DNA of 64,000 bases from an uncultured Pseudomonadota bacterium (GTDB lineage: Bacteria > Pseudomonadota > Gammaproteobacteria > Burkholderiales > CAIKXV01). The translations under genes were made by a program, and so were the position numbers. The stretch spans positions 3,363-67,362 of the forward strand of contig CAIKXV010000296.1 in NCBI GenBank assembly GCA_903831455.1, in the 5' to 3' direction. Numbering within the stretch: position 1 is the first letter of the stretch; each line of letters begins with the position of its first letter. Under the pieces are notes generated by a model. That model worked only from the letters and a program-made list of their open reading frames with translations. It ran no database searches and was not told the DNA's origin. Positions 23,565 through 31,084 of this stretch are shown here, piece after piece.

Positions 23565-23681
23565 TGCTCGAGAGTCCTCCAGGGTGGCGCGGCTGGCGAT
23601 CGGCCGCTCGCTGCGGCCCGGGCCGCAGCCGGGCTCAGAGTATATGCCTGCGGCCGCGGGCGTCGGTGGCGGCGTCCCGGC

Positions 23682-24209
23682 TCAGGCGGTGAGTTGCTTG
23701 ACCAGCACGTCGAGGTGGCCGAGCGTGACGGCGCGCATCTCATCGGCACCGAGGTTGCTGATGGGATGCGGCAGCTCGATGTAGGGATGGCCCGGCATGC
23801 CGCGCGACCTGAACTGGAACACGCAGGCATTGCGGAACGCCTGGGTGATGATCACGGTGGCGGGGATGCCGCGACGTTCGAACTCCACGGTGTCGTGCAC
23901 ACTGCACAACGTGCACGACCCTCATCCACCGACGGCGGCCACCGCCAGATGCGCCTCCTGGGCGAGCTCGTCGATCAGCTGATCGGTGGCGGGCTTCGAG
24001 TAGTGTTCCTTGCTGCGGATGATCACCCGGGCCACGCCGTGGCGCTCCTTCAGCGCCGCGGCGATCGTCTCGAGGATCAGCGTGCCCTGCTCCTTGGTGT
24101 TGTCCACCATGGCCACGACCCTGCCGGCAAGGTCCATGGGTCGGGGCGCAAGGGGTATGGCCGGGCGGTTGCCTCCGGCAGACGGATCGATGAAGGGCAA
24201 GGGTTGCAT
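23682..24209 (-). CDS. UGSC-motif (seleno)protein candidate, 175 codons, with in-frame TGA (Sec) at 23922..23924
   Basis: ATG at 24209 preceded by AAGGAGG. Minus-strand reading is continuous across the TGA: ...AVAAVGG-U-GSCTLCSVHDTVEF... The track splits it into 23922..24500 and 23682..23909. The downstream piece has only a TTG start and no RBS. A stable hairpin follows the TGA directly. Confidence 0.7.
23892..23919 (-). promoter_or_regulatory. SECIS-like RNA hairpin immediately 3' of the in-frame UGA
   Basis: Minus strand UGA-GG-GUCGUGCAC-(GUUGUGCAGU)-GUGCACGAC. Perfect 9-bp stem with a 10-nt G/U-containing loop. The stem can extend by G-C pairs across a bulged A. Confidence 0.6.
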
Positions 24210-24237
24210 CGGCGGTCCTCCTTGGAAGTCGGATGGA

Positions 24238-25263
24238 TCAGGCGCGGGGTACGCGATAGCGTCCATGGACCGCACGGCTGCCGCCGCTCCAGCCATGGCA
24301 GATCGCGGTGCAGGGGCCCCAGCCGCCGGCCACCACCAGCAGCAGGTCGTCGGGATGCTTGATCGCCGGCACGAAGCAGCCATCGTCGTCGGGGTCGACG
24401 GCGATCGGCAGCGCCAGCGCCCGCTCGCGTCGCCAGTTGCCGCCGCGCCGAAGGTCCCCGACCGTGCGTCCGGCGCGTTCGACCAGCCACCGGTGGACAT
24501 CGGTGCGGCTCATGCCCGCCTCGGCGCAGAGCGTCGCGTGCTGCGGACCCATCGCGACCACCATGTCCGACCGCGCGTGCATGTTCCATGACCCCAGCGC
24601 CGCCATCCCGTCGGCGATGCCGGTGAGCAGGCGTTCGGGATCCTGGCTCACGTCGTCGAAGTGCAGTCGCGGAGATTCGACCATCGCGCATGCGATCGTG
24701 TCCTCGTCGACGCGATGGCCCTGCGCGACGGCGAGCGTCTCCCAGGGGCTGCGCTCGACGTTCTCGGTGATGCAGGCCGTATAGCGCAGGGGCGAGCCGA
24801 AGATCGTGGCCGAGGCGACACCGGCCATGCCGCCGCCGAGGTTGAGCAGGATCAGCCGGATCGCGCGCCCGATCGACGCGTTGGCCCGGAAGCCGGGGCC
24901 GAAGCAGCCATTGCCGCCGTTCAGTCCGACGCGCGCGGCGTGCGGCCCGTTGACGATCATCAGCGGCGCGACGCCATGCATGGTGCCCTGGACGCCGTTG
25001 AGATTGAACGGTTCGAGCAGCATGAGGTCGAGCGCGGCGATGACGACCGGCAGGTGGTCGGGCCGGCAGCCGGCCATCAGCGCGTGCAGCGCGACGTCAC
25101 GCACGGTGGCGACGTTCATGGCCGGGGGTACCGCGCCGATCACGTCCTCGGGCAGGCGCCCCGCGGCCGCCAGCATCGGGGCGAGCCGGGCTTCGGTGGG
25201 CGTGACGACCGGCAATCCGTCCGACCACGGTTTTTCCAGAAAGAACTCGAACTCGTCGATCAT
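24238..25263 (-). CDS. uncharacterised protein, tandem paralog A (341 aa)
   Basis: ATG at 25263 preceded by AAGGAG. High GC3 coding signal. Conserved blocks WSDGLPVVTPT, AVPPAMNVATVRDVALHA, NLNGVQGTMHGVAPLMIVNGP, GPGFRANA.IGRAIRL, VVAGGWGP. I recognise no family. Confidence 0.8.
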   Translation of the reverse strand: MIDEFEFFLEKPWSDGLPVVTPTEARLAPMLAAAGRLPEDVIGAVPPAMNVATVRDVALHALMAGCRPDHLPVVIAALDLMLLEPFNLNGVQGTMHGVAPLMIVNGPHAARVGLNGGNGCFGPGFRANASIGRAIRLILLNLGGGMAGVASATIFGSPLRYTACITENVERSPWETLAVAQGHRVDEDTIACAMVESPRLHFDDVSQDPERLLTGIADGMAALGSWNMHARSDMVVAMGPQHATLCAEAGMSRTDVHRWLVERAGRTVGDLRRGGNWRRERALALPIAVDPDDDGCFVPAIKHPDDLLLVVAGGWGPCTAICHGWSGGSRAVHGRYRVPRA

Positions 25264-25282
25264 GCCCGGCCCCGCTCCTTTC

Positions 25283-26314
25283 TCAATCGACCCGGTAGCG
25301 GCCATGCACCGCACGGCTGCCACCGCCCCAGCCGTGCGCCACGGCGCTGACCGGCCCCCAGCCACCAGCGACGATCAGGTGGAGGTCCTGCGGGTCCTTG
25401 ATGACCGGCACGAACGCGTCGTTGCATGCCGGATCGACGCCGATGCGTCGCGCCCGCTCGTCGCGCCAGTTGCCGCCGCGGCGCAGGTCGCCCGCGGTCC
25501 GGCCCGCCTGCCGCACCAGCCATTCGTGCACGCGAGCGCGGTCCCAGCCGGCGCGTGCGCAGATCGTCGCCTGCTCGGGCCCCAGCACCACCACCATGTC
25601 CGAGCGCACGTGCATGTTCCAGCTGCTCATCGCAGCCATCGAGTCGGCGATGCCGGTGAGCAGGCGCTCGGGACCCTGGCTGACGTCGTCGTAGCAGAGA
25701 CGGGGCGCCTCGACCATCGCGCAGGTGATCACGTCCTCGTCGACGCCGTAGCCGCGCGAGACCGCGAGCGTCTCCCACGGGCTGCGCTCGATGTTCTCGG
25801 TCCAGCAGGCGGTGTAGCGCAGCGGCGAGGACAGCACCGTGGCCGAGGCGAGGCCGGGGATACCGCCGCCCAGGTTGAGCAGCAGCAGCCGGATCGCGCG
25901 GCCGATGGTGGCGTTGGCCCGGAAGCCCGGTCCCAGGCAGCCGTTGCCGCCATGCAGTCCGATGCGCGTCGCGTAGGGGCCGTTGACGATCATCAGCGGT
26001 GCGACGCCGTGCATGGTGCCCTGCACGCCGTTGAGGTTGAACGGTTCGCGCAGCATCAGTGCGAGGCCGCCCAGCACCACCGGCAGATACTCGGGCAGGC
26101 AGCCGGCCATCACCGCGTGCAGCGCCACGTCGCGCACGGTGGCGACGTTCATGGCCGGGGGAACCGCGCCGATCACCTCCGTCGGGTCGCGGCTCGTCCC
26201 GTGCAGCATCCAGTCGAGCCGCTCCTGCGTCGGCGTCACGACCGGCAGGCCGTCGCTCCACTCCTTCGCGAAGAAGAACTCGAACGGATCGAGTCCGTCC
26301 CCGGCGTCGGTCAT
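25283..26314 (-). CDS. uncharacterised protein, tandem paralog B (343 aa)
   Basis: ATG at 26314 forms an ATGA overlap with the stop of the upstream Bug gene. Colinear with paralog A over its full length. It occupies the lower third of spurious track ORF 25283..28033. Confidence 0.8.
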   Translation of the reverse strand: MTDAGDGLDPFEFFFAKEWSDGLPVVTPTQERLDWMLHGTSRDPTEVIGAVPPAMNVATVRDVALHAVMAGCLPEYLPVVLGGLALMLREPFNLNGVQGTMHGVAPLMIVNGPYATRIGLHGGNGCLGPGFRANATIGRAIRLLLLNLGGGIPGLASATVLSSPLRYTACWTENIERSPWETLAVSRGYGVDEDVITCAMVEAPRLCYDDVSQGPERLLTGIADSMAAMSSWNMHVRSDMVVVLGPEQATICARAGWDRARVHEWLVRQAGRTAGDLRRGGNWRDERARRIGVDPACNDAFVPVIKDPQDLHLIVAGGWGPVSAVAHGWGGGSRAVHGRYRVD

Positions 26315-27294
26315 TCGGCCTTGATCCCCGCGGCCTTCACCACGCGCGTGTAGCGTCCGATCTCGCCCTCGATGAACTTGCGGAAGTCGGCGGGTGAGTT
26401 GGCGAACGGCTCGGTGCCGAGCTTGACCAGGGCGGCCTGGTTCTTCGGATCGCCCACGGCGCGGGCGATCTCCTTCGCCAGGCGCTCGACGATCTCGCGC
26501 GGGGTGCCGGCCGGGGCGAGGAGCCCGTACCACTGCGTGACCTGGAAGTCCTTCAGAAGCTCCGCGATCGCAGGCACCTCGGGGATGGTGCGCTTGAGGC
26601 CGGTGGTGGCGATGATGCGCATCTTGCCTGCCTTGGCGAAGGGCACCACGGCCGGGCCGGTGCCGTAGAGCATGGTGGCCTCGCCCGAGAGCACCGCCAC
26701 CGCGGCCGGACCGTTGCCCTTGTAGGGCACGTGCAGGATGTTCACGCCCCCGAGCAGGTTGAGCAGCTCGCCCGCGAGGTGGGGCCCGCCCAGCAGGCCG
26801 CTGGAGGCGAACGAGAGTTCGCCGGGGCGTTTCTTCGCCAGCGCGATCAGGTCCTTGAGCGAGCGCACCGGCAGCGACGGATGCACCGTCAGGATGTAGT
26901 CCGAGGTGGCGGCGAGGCTGATCGGCGCGAGATCGCGCAGAGGATCGTAGGGGAGCTTCGGGTTGGCCGCCGGCAGGATGGCGATCGGGGCGACGTTGCC
27001 CAGCACCAGCGTGTGGCCGTCCGCGGGCGCCTTGGTGGCGAGTTCGGTTCCGATCTGGCCGCTGGCCCCGGGACGGGTGTCGATGACCAGCGGCTGGCCG
27101 AGCTGTTCGCCCAGTGCCTGCGCGACGATCCGACCGACCGCGTCGGTACCGCCCCCGGGCGGATAGGGAGAAATCATCCGGATCGGCTTGGCCGGCCATG
27201 CCGCCTGTGCGCTCGCGACGGCGGGCAGGGCGAGCAGGGCCGCGGCGGCGAGTCCGCTTGCGGCGAGCAACGGATTGCGGTTCATGGGGTTCAT
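26311..27294 (-). CDS. Bug-family (TctC-like) tripartite tricarboxylate transporter substrate-binding protein
   Basis: 327-aa ORF. Signal peptide ending ASAQAAWP. Typical Bug blocks PIRMISPYPPGGGTD..GR, V.N.PGA.G and HVPYKG. Confidence 0.85.
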   Translation of the reverse strand: MNPMNRNPLLAASGLAAAALLALPAVASAQAAWPAKPIRMISPYPPGGGTDAVGRIVAQALGEQLGQPLVIDTRPGASGQIGTELATKAPADGHTLVLGNVAPIAILPAANPKLPYDPLRDLAPISLAATSDYILTVHPSLPVRSLKDLIALAKKRPGELSFASSGLLGGPHLAGELLNLLGGVNILHVPYKGNGPAAVAVLSGEATMLYGTGPAVVPFAKAGKMRIIATTGLKRTIPEVPAIAELLKDFQVTQWYGLLAPAGTPREIVERLAKEIARAVGDPKNQAALVKLGTEPFANSPADFRKFIEGEIGRYTRVVKAAGIKAE

Positions 27295-27411
27295 CCTCGC
27301 GGTGAGGGGGGATCGCTCTGGCGCGAGCGACGACGTTGCGGATGCTAACGGATTCGGGAGTCCTGGCCCGGCCTGGCGGTGCCGGAGTGAACCCGGGCCG
27401 CCGATCGCGGA

Positions 27412-28083
27412 TCAGCCCTCGACGTGGTTGGCCGGATCGGCGCTGAATCGCTGGAAGGCAGGGCGCTGGACGATCCGGGAATACCAGCGCTCGATGTTCG
27501 GGAAGGACGGGCGCACCGGCTCGAGCAGTACCCAGCGGTGCACGCGGATGCCGATCGGGATGTCGCCGAAACTGAACGCCTCGCCGGCCATGTAGGCGGT
27601 ACGCGCGAGCTGGTCCTCGACGATCCGCAGCTTGCGCGCGAATGCGTCGCGCGCGGCGGCGAGCGTCGACGGATTGCGCTGCTCCAGCGGCAGCCGGACC
27701 CGCTCCATCACCATGTCGTGCTGGGGCGGCAGCAGTTCGTTGTTCTCGAAATCCTGCCAGCGCGACGCCGAGGCGAAGGTGCGCAGATCGTCGCCGTAGA
27801 GGGCCTGCGGCGCGTAGCGCATGGCGAGATAGCGGCAGATCGCGTTCGACTCCCAGAGCACGAAGCCCTCGTCGTCGATGGTCGGGATGCGTCCGTTCGG
27901 GTTGAGTGCCCGGTACTCGGGCGTGTCGACGACACCGAACGGGCGATTGCCCTTCGCGACATGGCCCCCGGGCCCCATCACCGCGCTGGCCGGGATGAGT
28001 TCGAAGTCCACCCCGCACTCGGCGAGTGTCCACAGCACCTTCTGCGTACGGTTGGAGGTAAGCCTGCCCCAGAGCTTCAGCAT
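27412..28083 (-). CDS. glutathione S-transferase family protein
   Basis: ATG at 28083 (MLKLWGRLTSNRTQKVLW...). N-terminal thioredoxin-like GST fold with RIPTIDDEGFVLWESNAICRYL, plus a helical C-terminal domain. Confidence 0.8.
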   Translation of the reverse strand: MLKLWGRLTSNRTQKVLWTLAECGVDFELIPASAVMGPGGHVAKGNRPFGVVDTPEYRALNPNGRIPTIDDEGFVLWESNAICRYLAMRYAPQALYGDDLRTFASASRWQDFENNELLPPQHDMVMERVRLPLEQRNPSTLAAARDAFARKLRIVEDQLARTAYMAGEAFSFGDIPIGIRVHRWVLLEPVRPSFPNIERWYSRIVQRPAFQRFSADPANHVEG

Positions 28084-28117
28084 GATCGCGATCAGGATCC
28101 CGTCGTTGACATGAGGT

Positions 28118-29062
28118 TCAGGCGACCGTGCGGCCGTGCGCGACCACGGCCGCGGCGACCCGTTGCGCGTCGGCGATGGCATCGCCGAGGCGCCCGCCAT
28201 ACCCGCTTCGCACCGCGCCCACGGCAAACACGCCGGCGCGGGTGGTTGCGCCGCTGGCGTCGGTGAGGATCGCCCCCGCGCTATCGGTCGGCAGTCCGGC
28301 CCAGCCCGACCGCGGTTCGAGTCCGATGCAGGGGAACACCGCATCGACGGCCAGCGTGCGTCGGGTGCCGTCGGAACCCTGCAGCACGATCGCCTGCAGC
28401 GTCTGCGCGCCCTCGATGCCGACGACCTGATGCTCCGGGTGCAGCGCGTAGCGGTCGGGACTGTCGATCCGCGCGCGGTCGAAAAGGGTGCGCAGCCGCG
28501 CCCGCGCGCGGGGCTCTCGACCCCGCAGCACCAGATGCACGCGGCTTGCATGGCGCGCGAGCACCATCGCCTCCTGCAGTGCGCTGTCACCACCGCCCAC
28601 GACGGCGACCTCGCGGCCGCCGAGCAACGGCGCGTCGCAGTCGGCACACCACGACAGGCCGCGCCCCTCGAAGCGATCGAGACCGGCGATCGGCAGTCGG
28701 CGGCGCGCGGCTCCGGTCGCAACGATCACGCAGCGTGCGGCATGGACGGCCTCGGGGGTGGCGACCTCCCATCCCTCCCGGAGGGACCGGAGCGACACCG
28801 CCGCCTCAGGCAGGCGCACGACGCCGGCGTCCATCGCCTCGCTGGCGAGCAGCGTCGCGACATCGATGCCCGAGCCCTCGAGGTCGGCGCCCTCGAGGTC
28901 GGTGCCGGCGTCGACGAGTTCGTTCACGCTGGCGACCAGGCCGCCGTACAACTCCGGCTCCAGGGACAGCACGGAGAGCCCCGCGCGCGCGCAGGCGAGC
29001 GCAGCGGCCAGCCCGGCGATACCCTCGCCGGCGACGATCACATCATGCTGCTCCATGGACAT
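28118..29062 (-). CDS. thioredoxin-reductase-like FAD/NAD(P)-dependent disulfide oxidoreductase
   Basis: ATG at 29062 preceded by GGAG. DVIVAGEGIAGLAAA (FAD GxGxxG), redox CxxC in SWCADCDAP (compare TrxB CATCD), VAVVGGGDSALQEA (NAD(P)H site), GVFAVGAV. Confidence 0.8.
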   Translation of the reverse strand: MSMEQHDVIVAGEGIAGLAAALACARAGLSVLSLEPELYGGLVASVNELVDAGTDLEGADLEGSGIDVATLLASEAMDAGVVRLPEAAVSLRSLREGWEVATPEAVHAARCVIVATGAARRRLPIAGLDRFEGRGLSWCADCDAPLLGGREVAVVGGGDSALQEAMVLARHASRVHLVLRGREPRARARLRTLFDRARIDSPDRYALHPEHQVVGIEGAQTLQAIVLQGSDGTRRTLAVDAVFPCIGLEPRSGWAGLPTDSAGAILTDASGATTRAGVFAVGAVRSGYGGRLGDAIADAQRVAAAVVAHGRTVA

Positions 29063-29070
29063 GTCTCCGC

Positions 29071-30030
29071 CTACCCGTGAACGCGATGGGGCACCGGCTC
29101 CCCGGCGAAATGCGCACGCAGGCTCTCGAGCCAGCAGGCTTGCCGGTGGGCCCGGATCTCGCGGGTCGATGAACCGAGGTGCGGCACGAGCATCACCTGC
29201 TCCATCGCGCGCAGCGCGGCCGGAACCCGCGGCTCGTCGGCGAACACTTCCAGCCCGGCGCCGGCGATGCGGCCCCGCGCGAGCGCGTCGATCAGCGCCG
29301 GCTCGTCCACCACCGCCCCGCGGCTCACGTTGACCAGGTACCCCGAGGGCCCCAGCGCCTCCAGCACCCGCGCGTCGATCATGCCGCGCGTCTGCGCCGT
29401 CGACGCGCAGGCGACGACCAGGCAATCGGCGCGGGTCGCGAGATCGAGCAGCCGGGGGACGTAGGTGCCCGGGGCGTCCGGCTTGTCGCGCGGCCCGTGC
29501 CATTCGATCCGAAGGCCGAAGGCCGCCGCGCGGCGCGCCACCGCGCGGCCGATGGCGCCCATGCCGACGATGCCGCAGGTCTTCCCCCGCAGGTCGGTGG
29601 ACAGCGCGAAGGGTCCGGCCTCCCAGCGGCCTTCGCGCACGAAGCGATCGGCTTCGCACAGGCGGCGCAGGGTTCCCAGCAGCAGGCCCAGCGCGACGTC
29701 GGCGACCGCCTCCTCCGTCCAGTCGGGCGTGTTGGTGACCACGATGCTTCGCGCCTGCGCCGCGGCGAGATCCAGCGTGCCATGGCTCTGTCCGAAGCAG
29801 GCGATGATCTCGAGCGCGGGCAGGTCGTGCAGGTCATCGGCGCGGAACCCGCGCACGCCGGTGGTCACCAGCCCGCGTACACGTCGCAGCGTGGAGGGGT
29901 CGGCCGTCGCGGCGCCGCAGCCAGGCCAGCGGCGGTGGACCGTGTACTCGTGGGCGAGCGCGGCGAGGGCGGGCGCATGGATGGGCGCGATCGCCAGCAG
30001 TGCGGGGGACGGCGGGGCGTCCACGCTCAT
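29071..30030 (-). CDS. D-isomer-specific 2-hydroxyacid dehydrogenase family protein
   Basis: ATG at 30030 forms an ATGA overlap with the upstream stop. GIVGMGAIGRAVARR (NAD GxGxxG), LVNVSRGAVVDE, AGLEVFADEP, PHLGSST. Confidence 0.8.
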   Translation of the reverse strand: MSVDAPPSPALLAIAPIHAPALAALAHEYTVHRRWPGCGAATADPSTLRRVRGLVTTGVRGFRADDLHDLPALEIIACFGQSHGTLDLAAAQARSIVVTNTPDWTEEAVADVALGLLLGTLRRLCEADRFVREGRWEAGPFALSTDLRGKTCGIVGMGAIGRAVARRAAAFGLRIEWHGPRDKPDAPGTYVPRLLDLATRADCLVVACASTAQTRGMIDARVLEALGPSGYLVNVSRGAVVDEPALIDALARGRIAGAGLEVFADEPRVPAALRAMEQVMLVPHLGSSTREIRAHRQACWLESLRAHFAGEPVPHRVHG

Positions 30031-31040
30031 CGGCCAAGGGGTTCGCGCAACAGCGCCATCGCGTTGCCGCCGAGGATGCGGTCGCGGTCGCTCGCGGACA
30101 GACCGTCCACCGCGGCAAGGCGGCCGAGCGGGTCGGTCTCGGCCATGTCGAAGGGCGCATCGGTGCCGATCATCACGCGATCGGCACCGACCCTGTCGAT
30201 CAGGAAGGCGAGCGATCGGCTGTCGTGGGTGAGCGAGTCGAAGTGAAAGCGACGCAGCTGCGACTCGGGCGAGTGGGCGGTATGCGCGCGCGCCTCGGGG
30301 CGCACGCGGTAGCCGTGGTCGAGGCGGCCGTACTGGTAGGGCAGGTGGCCGCCGCCGTGTGCGAGGATCATGTCCAGACCGGGCAGGCGGTCGAGCGTGC
30401 CGCCGAGCATCAGGTGCACGGCCATCAGCGCGGTGTCGAACGGCAGCCCGTGCGTGTTTCCGAGGTAGTAGGCGCACAGGTCGGTGGGCAGCTGGCCTGC
30501 GATGTAGGGGTGCGCGAACACGCTGACCTTCAGTTCGGCGGCACGCCGGAGCACCGGCTCGAAGCGTGCATCGGAGAGCAGCGTGCCCTTCACGCGGCAG
30601 CCCAGTTCCACCGAGCGGAACCCCAGGTCGCGCACGATCCGCTCGAGCTCGGCGATGGCCGCGTCGGCGTCCTGCATCGGCAGCGTGCCCATGCCGCGCA
30701 GGCGCGCGGGGGCCGCGTCGACCATCCGGGCGATGCCGTCGTTGAGCAGGCTCGCGGCGGCGATGCCGTCGTGGCCGTCCAGCCAGTAGAAGAACACCAC
30801 CGGGGTGACCGAGATCACCGAGATGTCGATGCCCTTGCGATCCATCGACTCGAGCTTGGCCTCGACGTCGAAGAACTCCGGGTGCAGCGGCGACCCGTGG
30901 CCGTCGTCGCGCACCAGCGCGATGTCGTTGCCCTCGCCCCGCACCGACATGCCGTAGGCCCGCGGCTGGGCGCGGATGGCCTCGACCATGTTGCGCGGGA
31001 GCACGTGGCTGTGCACGTCGATCACGGGGGTGCGGCTCAT
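30027..31040 (-). CDS. amidohydrolase_2 (ACMSD-like) family metal-dependent hydrolase/decarboxylase
   Basis: 337-aa ORF. VIDVHSHVLP metal site, FAHP, ILAHGGG, MIGTDAPFD. Confidence 0.8.
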   Translation of the reverse strand: MSRTPVIDVHSHVLPRNMVEAIRAQPRAYGMSVRGEGNDIALVRDDGHGSPLHPEFFDVEAKLESMDRKGIDISVISVTPVVFFYWLDGHDGIAAASLLNDGIARMVDAAPARLRGMGTLPMQDADAAIAELERIVRDLGFRSVELGCRVKGTLLSDARFEPVLRRAAELKVSVFAHPYIAGQLPTDLCAYYLGNTHGLPFDTALMAVHLMLGGTLDRLPGLDMILAHGGGHLPYQYGRLDHGYRVRPEARAHTAHSPESQLRRFHFDSLTHDSRSLAFLIDRVGADRVMIGTDAPFDMAETDPLGRLAAVDGLSASDRDRILGGNAMALLREPLGR

Positions 31041-31084
31041 CGAGGTCGTTCTCCGGGTGCGGCGGCGCGCTGTCTGTCCGCGGG

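Larger units (their letters stand above)
24238..26314 (-). repeat. about 1-kb tandem gene duplication (paralogs A and B)
   Basis: The two adjacent genes align end to end at protein level and in stretches at DNA level. Example: ccatggaccgcacggctgccgccgctccagccatg versus ccatgcaccgcacggctgccaccgccccagccgtg. Confidence 0.8.

Noticed and set aside
23682-24500. Interpretation of the split ORFs as a pseudogene or two separate small genes.
   Set aside because: The downstream piece has no ATG or RBS. The interruption is a single TGA with no frameshift. It generates a UxxCxxC motif and is followed at once by a perfect 9-bp hairpin. Sec recoding is more parsimonious. The part of ORF 23922..24500 upstream of ATG 24209 overlaps paralog A and is noise.
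25283-28033. 916-aa minus-strand ORF spanning paralog B, the Bug gene and the GST gene.
   Set aside because: Only its last 343 codons (from ATG 26314) are a real gene. The upstream part runs in a different frame through two genes with clear family identity.
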